Origin: a virus
Lineage: Duplodnaviria; Heunggongvirae; Uroviricota; Caudoviricetes
Strand: one strand, 5' to 3'
Length of the DNA stretch: 64,000 bases
IMG/VR virus record: IMGVR_UViG_3300042890_002891
Coordinates: 130,831-194,830 of that record
Position 1 is the stretch's first letter; each line of letters starts with the position of its first letter. The notes below the pieces were generated by a model. That model had not been told where the DNA came from and did not search any database. It saw only the letters and a program-made list of their open reading frames with translations. Below, in pieces: positions 36,859-45,538 of this stretch. Made by a program: the position numbers and the translations under genes.

Positions 36859-37782
36859 TCAACTAATCTGACTAAGTTCAATTAGTGTAGCACTCAGATT
36901 GATTTCAACGTCGGCCACAGCATTGTGACTGACCAGGCCGTTGCGGATGATCACAATGGCTTGATCTTGACGTTCAGGAGTTGACCCCCAGAGATCAAGA
37001 TTGTCGTACATCCAGCGGAATATTTCTTCTGCTTCTTCTGGTCCCGAACTCTGGCACAGCAGAGTTCTTGCCTCACGTGTTTTGCCACGTTTGAACATGT
37101 CCACACAGTCCAACTTCCAGTCTCGTGCGCTGCGGTCACTAGCACCGGGAGGATTCAGAGCACCTGATTGCGAGTTCAACTGCACCAGATTCAAACACTT
37201 GCGCAGATCCGGATATGTGGCCTTGACATAGCTGTCCAGTACGTCTAGATCAAAGGTCACGTTTTCTGTGACCAACACAGTGGCCACCCTGGCTGTGAAT
37301 TCTGTATGATCAGTCTTGACAATGTGGAATCCCTGGCAACGACTGTGCAAGGGCGCAATGATCTTGTTGGGAAAATTACAGGTAAGAATAAATCGCACAC
37401 TGCCCGAATAGTCTTCCATCAAGTTGCGCAGAGCAGGCTGTACACTATTGGGATTCATGTAGTCAGCTTCGTCAATTAGCACTATCTTGAATTTGCCAAA
37501 TGGCATGGTCTGACAAAAGCTGATCAGTTTGTCCACCCATTCGACCTTTCTAGCTTCTTTGGATCCGTTTGCGTACAACACATCATATTCGTCAATGCCT
37601 AGCTCGTTGATCAAGAGTTTGGCCAGAGTTGTTTTGCCTGTGCCGGCTGAGCCACTCAGTAACAAATGCGGAATTGATCCTTCACGAATCCAGGTTTCTA
37701 CTTGTTCTCGTTGAGCATCGTCAACGAATACATAGCCATCAATTGTGCTGGGGCGGTACTGTTCTACCCAAAGTTGTTTCAT
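36859..37782 (-). CDS. Sliding-clamp loader small subunit (RFC / T4 gp44-like)
   Basis: LWVEQYRP; GSAGTGKT; DEAD; SRC motif. Confidence 0.9.
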   Translation of the reverse strand: MKQLWVEQYRPSTIDGYVFVDDAQREQVETWIREGSIPHLLLSGSAGTGKTTLAKLLINELGIDEYDVLYANGSKEARKVEWVDKLISFCQTMPFGKFKIVLIDEADYMNPNSVQPALRNLMEDYSGSVRFILTCNFPNKIIAPLHSRCQGFHIVKTDHTEFTARVATVLVTENVTFDLDVLDSYVKATYPDLRKCLNLVQLNSQSGALNPPGASDRSARDWKLDCVDMFKRGKTREARTLLCQSSGPEEAEEIFRWMYDNLDLWGSTPERQDQAIVIIRNGLVSHNAVADVEINLSATLIELSQIS

Positions 37783-37912
37783 CTTGTGCTTTCTGTTGTG
37801 GTTCAGGGACGGGTTGTGTATTTTCTAGATCTCTACCAAAGATGGCATCCCATCTGTTATCGTATTCTTGCTGGGCCACACTGTATGGTCGTGGTCTTGA
37901 ACCTTTGCTCAC
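37739..37912 (-). CDS. Small hypothetical protein (MSKGSRPRP...WDAIFG)
   Basis: Hand-translated 57-aa ORF; GTG start overlaps upstream stop. Confidence 0.5.
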   Translation of the reverse strand: MSKGSRPRPYSVAQQEYDNRWDAIFGRDLENTQPVPEPQQKAQDETTLGRTVPPQHN

Positions 37913-38076
37913 ACCAGTTCCTCTACTACCCCAAGCACCTCGGCTGCAATAATAAATGCACCGCCGAGCATGATTGCTCCTTGGATAAAAGCAATGCCGG
38001 CAACTACTCGTAGTGCGCTCTTGGCCAGGCTTACATAAAAGTGACCGCGGCTGGGGTCTTTGGGTTGTATTTCCAT
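37909..38076 (-). CDS. Small membrane protein
   Basis: Two hydrophobic helices; GGAG RBS. Confidence 0.6.
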   Translation of the reverse strand: MEIQPKDPSRGHFYVSLAKSALRVVAGIAFIQGAIMLGGAFIIAAEVLGVVEELV

Positions 38077-38100
38077 CTGTATTCTCCGTTGATATAGCGT

Positions 38101-38129
38101 ATTATAATGCAACACTGAGGAATTGTCAA
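38101..38129 (-). promoter_or_regulatory. Consensus sigma70 promoter
   Basis: TTGACA-17 nt-TATAAT. Confidence 0.8.
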
Positions 38130-38151
38130 CAGGCCAACTTGCCAAACTGTT

Positions 38152-38631
38152 CTATTTCTGTGACAGTACTTTATGACTTTCGGCAGCAACCACACGTCGT
38201 CGTAGGCTTGAACTGGAGAAGCTGTGATCGCGTCCGTTGAATACCAGTTCGATTCCTCGCAGGGCGCCTGCTTCGCGACCAGTAAAATCTTTGTCACAAT
38301 ATTCCACACCCAGAATACGCACATCCACAGGCAAGATCAACAACAGATCCACAAGGTCTTGTTCAGTTTGATACACCACAACTTCATCCACATAGCGACA
38401 CGCTGCCAATTGAATCTGACGCTCTACTATGCTTTGAATAGGAGCATTTTTTGTGTCTGGTCTATCTATTGTGGGATCAGTTTGCAAGCCGCATATGAGA
38501 TAGTCACAGTGGTTCTTGGCTTCACTCAGCATGGCAATATGGCCGGCATGTGGTCCCATGTCAAATGTTGAGAAGGTGATGCCAATTCGTTTGCCATCTG
38601 CCTTGAGTTGTTTGATGTGATTGAAGATCAA
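38152..38631 (-). CDS. Cytidylyltransferase (TagD/glycerol-3-phosphate cytidylyltransferase-like)
   Basis: FSTFDMGPHAGH...GLQTD...RDHSFSSS. Confidence 0.8.
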   Translation of the reverse strand: MIFNHIKQLKADGKRIGITFSTFDMGPHAGHIAMLSEAKNHCDYLICGLQTDPTIDRPDTKNAPIQSIVERQIQLAACRYVDEVVVYQTEQDLVDLLLILPVDVRILGVEYCDKDFTGREAGALRGIELVFNGRDHSFSSSSLRRRVVAAESHKVLSQK

Positions 38632-39029
38632 TTGTGTTGCATCCAGCTGGGTTTGGCTTCTATGTGAATGGCACCTGAGAATGTAAGATCGTCGGGTTTC
38701 TCATCCGCAGTCATCATGACGTCTTTGGGATCAACTCGACGCAGAGTAATTTTTCCTGTTTCGTCTTCAATGTCCAGACCACGAGTCCAACGCCCGTGTT
38801 CCACACAGATCCAGTCGCCGACTCGAATATCCTGCTGATCTGGACCCACTGCATACACTCGACCCCAGCGTGGTCTGATACCTGTGCTTTTGCCATTGTC
38901 GGTCATGATAATGATACCGCCTGTGCTGAGACGTTCTTCAAAGTTCATGTCACTCACAATAACTGACTCCCCCAGCGGAACCAGTTGTTCTCGGTCAATT
39001 CGGTGTGCTGCGTATGCTGCTTTGATCAT
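38628..39029 (-). CDS. groES: GroES-like co-chaperonin
   Basis: PLGESVIV...TGGIII...GRVYAVG...VGDWI. Confidence 0.8.
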   Translation of the reverse strand: MIKAAYAAHRIDREQLVPLGESVIVSDMNFEERLSTGGIIIMTDNGKSTGIRPRWGRVYAVGPDQQDIRVGDWICVEHGRWTRGLDIEDETGKITLRRVDPKDVMMTADEKPDDLTFSGAIHIEAKPSWMQHN

Positions 39030-39433
39030 TATTCTTGGTCCTTTTGTTGTGCTGCTCTCGCCATGGCTGCTGCCAATCCTGCTGCTGGCGGTGTTGCTTC
39101 AGGCAGAGCAACGCCTGCTTCTCGACGTGCTTGACGTTGTGCGCGAGCCTGTTCTAATTTTTCTTTTGCTGCGGATTGATCAACAGCAGTTTCAGTTTCT
39201 CTTTGCGCCCTGGAACTGGCAGCTATTGGGCCAGCTGCGGTATTGGTCTGTCGATTAAGAGCACGATTTACCTGTTGTGATCTAGTAGCAATAATGTTGC
39301 CGTCAGCATCCAGCCTGTCACCGCGGGCATTCACGTTCATGTTGCCAACTGCTCGCACAGTTTCGTTTTGTACTTGTAATGCACCAAGGTCCACAATTTT
39401 TCCTTGTGCAGTTTTGTAAATCTTCTTTGACAT
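39029..39433 (-). CDS. Hypothetical protein
   Basis: AAGGAG RBS and TAAATA at 39452. Confidence 0.65.
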   Translation of the reverse strand: MSKKIYKTAQGKIVDLGALQVQNETVRAVGNMNVNARGDRLDADGNIIATRSQQVNRALNRQTNTAAGPIAASSRAQRETETAVDQSAAKEKLEQARAQRQARREAGVALPEATPPAAGLAAAMARAAQQKDQE

Positions 39434-39454
39434 AGTTTCTCCTTGAATTGATAT

Positions 39455-39976
39455 TTAACGCAGAAATTCTGCGATATCTAAATTGTAGTGCAAGCTGTCT
39501 ATGCGGTGTACTTTCAATAGATACAACACATAACTGGCAACTGCGCTGCCTCGACCCACACCCCAAATCACACGATTCTGGTGCATGGTGTCCACTAAAA
39601 ATTTAAGATAACGCAACAGATCAAACAGACCACGTGCTTGATAAAGCAAGAGTTCTTCGCCTACTCGTTGTAGTGCTGCATCACTGGAACACAATCCCAA
39701 CACATGTTCTGCAATGTCGAGATTCTTGTATTCTTCGGGCATGAACCAGTTGAGTTGGTTTGCTGAGTCAAATTGTTCTTGTGTGGTTGCTTGTGCAGTC
39801 AATTCATCATATCTAATGATACTGGGTACCTGTTCCAATATCGCAGCAACACTGCTCAAATCCACCGCAGCATCCATCAGCAGATTGTTTATGATTGTCG
39901 CAGGTTGACCCTGCATGAGCAAGTTCACGCCATCATCTTCTGAATAGATAATTTGACCCAGGTGATCAGTTTTCAT
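39455..39976 (-). CDS. Stand-alone fragment of DNA polymerase III alpha (DnaE-like GRGS region)
   Basis: IWGVGRGSAVASYVLYLL...IDSLHYNLDIAEFLR. Confidence 0.75.
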   Translation of the reverse strand: MKTDHLGQIIYSEDDGVNLLMQGQPATIINNLLMDAAVDLSSVAAILEQVPSIIRYDELTAQATTQEQFDSANQLNWFMPEEYKNLDIAEHVLGLCSSDAALQRVGEELLLYQARGLFDLLRYLKFLVDTMHQNRVIWGVGRGSAVASYVLYLLKVHRIDSLHYNLDIAEFLR

Positions 39977-40574
39977 CAAGGGGAAACTTGGCAAATACCA
40001 CAGTGTTTGATTCGATTGTGGGTCGTTGTGCATCACTCCAGTCAAGGTCTAGCTCTCGCCAGCTGGGGGTTCGATTGAGTTTGACCACTTGTTTTTTACT
40101 GTTGCCAGTTTGTTTAAAATTGTTATGGGCAGGATTTGAATCCTGCCACCAGCCGGGTTGATCCATCAGGGTTGCGCCTTCATGTTCGCTGTGTAGATAT
40201 CTAATGTTATCACCCAGCTCACTTTGTATGGCCACGGCCGTCACATGCATTCGATCTTCCACAATAGCATTCAGCTTGCAGTATAACACAAGACCCACTA
40301 TCTGGTCAATCGGTTGTTCGGGTAGCGGAGTAAAATTGATACCTGCTGCTGCCAGCAATTGCATTTGTTCTCGATCTTCCTGGTGCACAAACACTGTGTT
40401 AACAAGTTCATGATAGACAAAATGATTGATTCTGTCCATACAAGTTGTGTGATCTTCGGACACTGCGGTATTGGTAATCATGGATATGGTGGCTGTGTAA
40501 TCGTTGAGTTGCAGGCGATTTTCAAACCATATGGCTGCACGCCAGGTCATGTCGTATTCAAGTCGCACGTTCAT
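39966..40574 (-). CDS. Hypothetical protein
   Basis: Coupled long ORF. Confidence 0.6.
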   Translation of the reverse strand: MNVRLEYDMTWRAAIWFENRLQLNDYTATISMITNTAVSEDHTTCMDRINHFVYHELVNTVFVHQEDREQMQLLAAAGINFTPLPEQPIDQIVGLVLYCKLNAIVEDRMHVTAVAIQSELGDNIRYLHSEHEGATLMDQPGWWQDSNPAHNNFKQTGNSKKQVVKLNRTPSWRELDLDWSDAQRPTIESNTVVFAKFPLDEN

Positions 40575-40810
40575 GATATATCAATCTTGGATTTAAAAGC
40601 GTCGTCGTCCCCATCTCGGGGTTTGTTGAGTTCGGCTATTTTTTGTTGGTGTTTGGTTGTGTAGCTTTCGATAGCCATACGCAATTGATCACACAGATAA
40701 CCATTGCCAGTTCTATATGCAATGCCTAATTTTTTGTGCAGTTCGGATATCTTTGACCCCAGTTGTTCCGGGGTCAAGCTATCTAGGTTGTTAATAAAGG
40801 GATGTTCCAT
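40571..40810 (-). CDS. Hypothetical protein
   Basis: AGGAG RBS before MEHPFIN. Confidence 0.6.
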   Translation of the reverse strand: MEHPFINNLDSLTPEQLGSKISELHKKLGIAYRTGNGYLCDQLRMAIESYTTKHQQKIAELNKPRDGDDDAFKSKIDIS

Positions 40811-40867
40811 TCGACTCCTTGCTGAAACTAGTTTACAGCAAATGCCGATAGATGTCAACTAGTTTGA

Positions 40868-41797
40868 TTAACTTATTACAGCGTTGATTACCACAAAGTT
40901 CAGCACAACAGCTTCACTCTGACTGCTTGCGGAATAGTTGCCAACGGTGATTCTAGCAGATCCAGCAGCCACAGCATCAATGGTTGCAGTGTATGTGGCC
41001 GCAGTTGCGCCAGATGCCACATTCACAATCAACACATCGGTAGCTGTAATAAAACTATTGGTCAGTGTAAAACTAACTTCTGCGGCAGCTGCCAAGGCAG
41101 CGGCATTCATGGTGATTTGGCCGCAAAGTGTGTTGAGAGTAACTCCAGTTGATTTATCAGTAGCCTGGGTGACTGCGCCGCCAGCACCTGTGGCATATCC
41201 GATTTGTGCTTGATTGCTGCCCAGTAATGGTCTGTTGAGATCAAAAATAGTAACGCTTGCGCCGCCATCGTTGGTGACAAATTCAAATTCGTAAGTACCA
41301 GTTGCCTGGAAGGTGATTACATTGCTGCTGTAACCTTGAATACCTGTGGTCCCCACGCTGACAGCAACAGGAAGAGTAACAGTGTGAGACACATCAGACA
41401 CAGTGATCTGCACACGCACCAGACCGGCTGCACCAGCAGCAGGAAAGTTGGCAAAGGCCAGGCTGATTGCACCACTAGTGGTCACTGTTTGATAGTGACC
41501 AGTTGCATAGTTGATTGTGACTGTGCCGGACGTGGTTCCTAGCGCAACCCTGTTGGCACTGAAGTTGGCAATGTCAGCACTGGTCAGTGGACTGCCAGCC
41601 ATGTCATTGTCCAGAGTGGTACCTGTGAGTGCAGCCTTGAGCACCGATTTGTTTTGTAAATCAGTTATTTCAGCGGATGCATACTGAAAATTGGTTTTGG
41701 TATTGGTAAAATTGTCACGAAAGCCCTGGCTGTCGTTGTCTTGCCCGGCAACTGGGTAGGTGCCGTCGATGTCGTTTGGGTTGATGCTACTTGTCAT
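40868..41797 (-). CDS. Virion structural protein (baseplate/fiber-associated)
   Basis: YPVAGQDNDSQGFRDNF N-terminus; Thr/Ala/Gly-rich; TAAATA at 41821. Confidence 0.6.
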   Translation of the reverse strand: MTSSINPNDIDGTYPVAGQDNDSQGFRDNFTNTKTNFQYASAEITDLQNKSVLKAALTGTTLDNDMAGSPLTSADIANFSANRVALGTTSGTVTINYATGHYQTVTTSGAISLAFANFPAAGAAGLVRVQITVSDVSHTVTLPVAVSVGTTGIQGYSSNVITFQATGTYEFEFVTNDGGASVTIFDLNRPLLGSNQAQIGYATGAGGAVTQATDKSTGVTLNTLCGQITMNAAALAAAAEVSFTLTNSFITATDVLIVNVASGATAATYTATIDAVAAGSARITVGNYSASSQSEAVVLNFVVINAVIS

Positions 41798-41849
41798 AAT
41801 CTATCCTGGGTTATTAGATGTATTTATTGTACTTTTGAATGTACCATAA

Positions 41850-43067
41850 TTATCCTGTTCTGTACCAACTTGTATTGCTAACTCGGTAAACATATCTATA
41901 GCCTGTGCCAACCACGGTACTACCAGCAAATGTTGGTAATACAGTACCAGTTCCAACTGCTAAAGTTACTGTGTTTCCACTTATGGCAAAATTACAAATT
42001 TGTCCATCTCTTGGGCCTGTGGGCATATTTAAGGTTGCTGTGTATCCAACATTGTTGGCTATTAAAATATTGATGCTGTTAGTTGTACTTAGACTGTAGG
42101 TATTGGTCGCTGTGATGTTTGCATACGCCGGAACGTTGACATCTATATAACGGCTACTTACACCGGTAGTAATAATATTGCCGCCAGTGATGTTGCCTGT
42201 TACACTTGATAGCCCACCTGTTAGGATATTGCCAGCAGTGATGTTGCCTGTTACACTTGATAGCCCACCTGTTAGGATATTGTCAGCAGTGATGTTGCCT
42301 ACGGCACTAATAGCACCAGGAGCAGTTAAATTGCCAGTTGTGCCCAGGATCCAGGTGTTAACACCTGCTGTCAATGACATACTTTCAGGAGCAGATATAA
42401 AACCGGAAGTAACATTGAGGCCATCCTCAATGGTGACAAAAGTAGAATCATCACTGGTGATGCTGTTGATCACTAGATTGCTGCCAGTAATGTTGCCGGT
42501 TACAGAGACAACTGATCCAAGATGACTTGAACCAGTTACGTTACCAGTTGCACTATAACTTGCAGCAGTAGATGCTCCAGTGACTGCAATGGTGTCACCG
42601 GTGATTGTTCCAGTGGCACTTATTAGCCCACCTGTTAGAATATTGCCACCAGTGATAGTTGACGTGGCACTTACTAGGCCATTATTTAAGATATTGCCAC
42701 CAGTGATGTTGCCGGTTACAGAAACAACTGATCCAAGATGACTTGAACCAGTGATTGTTCCAGCAGCACTTATTAGTCCACCTGTTAGGATATTGCCAGC
42801 AGTAATGTTGCCATTATTCACAATATTGCCACCGGTAATTGTTCCAGTAGCACTTATTGACCCACTGGTAGCAATGTTACCGCCTGTGATGTTACCACTT
42901 GCACTAACTGATATCAATGTTCCTACTGAAGTAATATTGGCCTGATTGGACCCAGTCACATATCCTGCTGTGTTGGCAAACGCTTTGACGTTGGCAAAGT
43001 TAGCATCTAATTGACTTAATGGTATATTGCCAGTGTCGCCGGCAAAAATATATGGGACTGTAGACAT
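41850..43067 (-). CDS. Fiber-like structural protein with GNITxGN repeats
   Basis: QLDANF N-terminal motif; many GNITGGNI repeats. Confidence 0.65.
   Translation of the reverse strand: MSTVPYIFAGDTGNIPLSQLDANFANVKAFANTAGYVTGSNQANITSVGTLISVSASGNITGGNIATSGSISATGTITGGNIVNNGNITAGNILTGGLISAAGTITGSSHLGSVVSVTGNITGGNILNNGLVSATSTITGGNILTGGLISATGTITGDTIAVTGASTAASYSATGNVTGSSHLGSVVSVTGNITGSNLVINSITSDDSTFVTIEDGLNVTSGFISAPESMSLTAGVNTWILGTTGNLTAPGAISAVGNITADNILTGGLSSVTGNITAGNILTGGLSSVTGNITGGNIITTGVSSRYIDVNVPAYANITATNTYSLSTTNSINILIANNVGYTATLNMPTGPRDGQICNFAISGNTVTLAVGTGTVLPTFAGSTVVGTGYRYVYRVSNTSWYRTG
42185..42300. repeat. 51-nt tandem duplication within fiber gene
   Basis: cagtgatgttgcctgttacacttgatagcccacctgttaggatattg at 42185 and 42236. 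Confidence 0.85.
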
Positions 43068-43073
43068 TAATTG

Positions 43074-45536
43074 TTATCCTAAAATGGTCTTTCGGGGAAA
43101 TACAAGATATTTATCATATGCATCGGTGTCTGAATACATGTCAACTGGTGCTTCAAATCTCATACTGGTAGCATCAAAAGTAGTAGTCTTTCCGTTGTAA
43201 TTGTTAGACCAGGATACTATTTCAGCACTATCATTTATCCATTGTACCAATTGCCCACTGTTGTTTTTCCATCCAGGAGTGGTTGTTGTGCTACCATCGG
43301 CGTCGAATGTGGTTTCGGCTGGGGTAGGAACCCAGGCACCGGTCGAACTGTCAGCAACAGGATCCCAGCTATAACTGAGCAGTCGATCCAGTTCGTATCG
43401 GTCAACTTCAAAATCTACTCGGTTGAGTTGTGTTCCGTATTTTGATTGTATGTTGTAGGCAATCTGTCCTGAAGTTCCGGGCTTGCAATAGGTTATTACC
43501 CAGGCAGGTGTAAACCCCAGTACTTGCCCATTGGTTTGTTTGCTCAACATCCACAATGGCAATATGTTTGAAATTTGGCCAACCACATCAATCACCTGGT
43601 CTCGCATGTTGGGCAAACTGTTGGGATACACTGTGGTAATTTCTGAAGAGTCACCGGGACTGATTGGATACGGCAAGGTAACTTGTTTGCTCACACTGAT
43701 TCCTTGACTGTTCACAAGGTTATCTTGTACTGCACTGTATACCACTTCGTAGATTATGTTGCCGGCTGCATCCAGGGCTTGTGCTGTTTTGATTTCGCCT
43801 AACACCAAATTCTTCCAGTAGTGATTTTTGTAAAGACTGCTCATGTACAGCTCATAGGTACTGCTGGTCAACCCAAAGCAGTGATCGTAAATTACTGATG
43901 TTGATATTCCAAAATTTGGATCTGCTGGTCTAAATATCAAGTCTGGTGGAAAGATATCTGTGTTCTGTATCAACTGGTTGACCAAGGCTCGGTCAGCAAA
44001 TGGTGGCATGGCCTTGATATAGAGATTTTCATAAGGTTCGTTGTAGGCTCGTACCACCATGACTGTGAAAGTTTTATACACTGATACCAGACCATCCACG
44101 CTGAAAGCATTCACAGTAAATGTACAGCTCATGTCAAACGTGGTTTCGTCCGCACTCAATCTTGTTCTGAGATTTTTATCAAACGTGGTGGTTCCAAGAT
44201 CCAGAGCAAATGTATTGAAACTCACACGCCCTGCAATGTCTCCCGATGGCAGCAGTTGTGTTCCCTGAGGTAAACGATTGAATACCCCTATGTTGGGAGA
44301 CGGATAACTGCCGGGTTTAAGTTTGTATTGCAGACTTCTACCACCGGTGTTCACAGCTTCTACCTTTAGCAGGCTGGTGGCACCGTTGTCAATTGTGCCC
44401 AGGTCCGCAGCAGTGAGCCAAACAACGTCAGTGTCCACTTGTCCTACAACGGTCAGAGTAAACACATACGGATCACTGCGTAGATCAGGATTGTTTGTTT
44501 TTCTCAATATCAGAGCAAAAGTATAGGTTTGTTCTGTGGCGCCCATGTCTGGCAGGTATCCATACAACCAACCTGAGAAAGTATCCAGTGTGGTTCCTGG
44601 AGGCAAAGTATACAGAGAGCCATCACGATAATCCACATACTCTATTACGTCTCCATCAAAATCTTGCCCAACAAACTGGTAAGCCCAGAAATTGTCCGAT
44701 CTAACTGTGCCAAGGTCACTGGGCACTGCATTGATCAAGAATGGCACCCGGTTAGGACTAACGTCAGCAGTAACAAACGTATTGTCAGTAGTAAGAAAGG
44801 TAGTGTCAGCAGTCATTGAACTCTTGCCGTACACATAAATTTCGTAGGTTCTTATGTCACTTTCTTTGCCATCGGTAACTTCCAGAGTAAACTGATAGTT
44901 GGTGCTAACACTGTTGCTGGCAAAGTCAAATGGATACTGATCAAATCCTTGTCCGTCTCTACTGAATCCAGCCTCCTTGGTTACTGGCACCAATGGTATA
45001 ATGTATCCCGAAATGAGCCCTGCAGCGGAAATTGTTAGGCCCGGTGGAAGTTCGCCAGCGGCCACAGAAATCACAGTGGTCTCGCCAGGATCGGTATTAC
45101 TGATCTGAATTTGTATAGGTGCAATTGGAGCACCATCATAGAATGTACCTATGTTGCCGGCTGGCGTGACAAATTTTGGAGCGTCTTGCCCAGTAACAGT
45201 AAGAGTAAATGTGCGATCTGCTATTCGATCAACCAAAACTACCCCGTTGACTACTCGTTCAGTATATGCTCTCACAGCAAATTTGCTGGTTACATTTCTT
45301 GCTACTTCGGTGGGCACACCTTGCAAACTGGCAATGGCCTGTGGTATGCCTATGATCAAGCCGGTTCGGGTACACTGGATGCCTGCAGGAAGTTCCCCAG
45401 CAATCATGACATAGTACACCAGATCGGGATTGTTGGGATCTACAGGATCATAGGCCTGTAACGAGATTTGGTAAAATATACCCTCAGGTATTGTGCCAAG
45501 GTTTCCTGCCTGAGTGACCCAAACTGGTTGCGCCAT
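43074..45536 (-). CDS. Baseplate wedge-like protein with Ig-like repeats
   Basis: Repeated GxLPPGLT/ISG He_PIG-like motifs; large ORF within structural cluster. Confidence 0.6.
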   Translation of the reverse strand: MAQPVWVTQAGNLGTIPEGIFYQISLQAYDPVDPNNPDLVYYVMIAGELPAGIQCTRTGLIIGIPQAIASLQGVPTEVARNVTSKFAVRAYTERVVNGVVLVDRIADRTFTLTVTGQDAPKFVTPAGNIGTFYDGAPIAPIQIQISNTDPGETTVISVAAGELPPGLTISAAGLISGYIIPLVPVTKEAGFSRDGQGFDQYPFDFASNSVSTNYQFTLEVTDGKESDIRTYEIYVYGKSSMTADTTFLTTDNTFVTADVSPNRVPFLINAVPSDLGTVRSDNFWAYQFVGQDFDGDVIEYVDYRDGSLYTLPPGTTLDTFSGWLYGYLPDMGATEQTYTFALILRKTNNPDLRSDPYVFTLTVVGQVDTDVVWLTAADLGTIDNGATSLLKVEAVNTGGRSLQYKLKPGSYPSPNIGVFNRLPQGTQLLPSGDIAGRVSFNTFALDLGTTTFDKNLRTRLSADETTFDMSCTFTVNAFSVDGLVSVYKTFTVMVVRAYNEPYENLYIKAMPPFADRALVNQLIQNTDIFPPDLIFRPADPNFGISTSVIYDHCFGLTSSTYELYMSSLYKNHYWKNLVLGEIKTAQALDAAGNIIYEVVYSAVQDNLVNSQGISVSKQVTLPYPISPGDSSEITTVYPNSLPNMRDQVIDVVGQISNILPLWMLSKQTNGQVLGFTPAWVITYCKPGTSGQIAYNIQSKYGTQLNRVDFEVDRYELDRLLSYSWDPVADSSTGAWVPTPAETTFDADGSTTTTPGWKNNSGQLVQWINDSAEIVSWSNNYNGKTTTFDATSMRFEAPVDMYSDTDAYDKYLVFPRKTILG

Positions 45537-45538
45537 TT

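Noticed and set aside
38247-38256. GTTCGATTCC T-loop-like motif suggesting a tRNA
   Set aside because: The flanks do not form a T-stem or cloverleaf, and it lies inside the cytidylyltransferase ORF.
32393-42483. Template/variable repeat pair of a diversity-generating retroelement
   Set aside because: Differences are not adenine-specific, all copies are coding, and no reverse transcriptase is present in the window.
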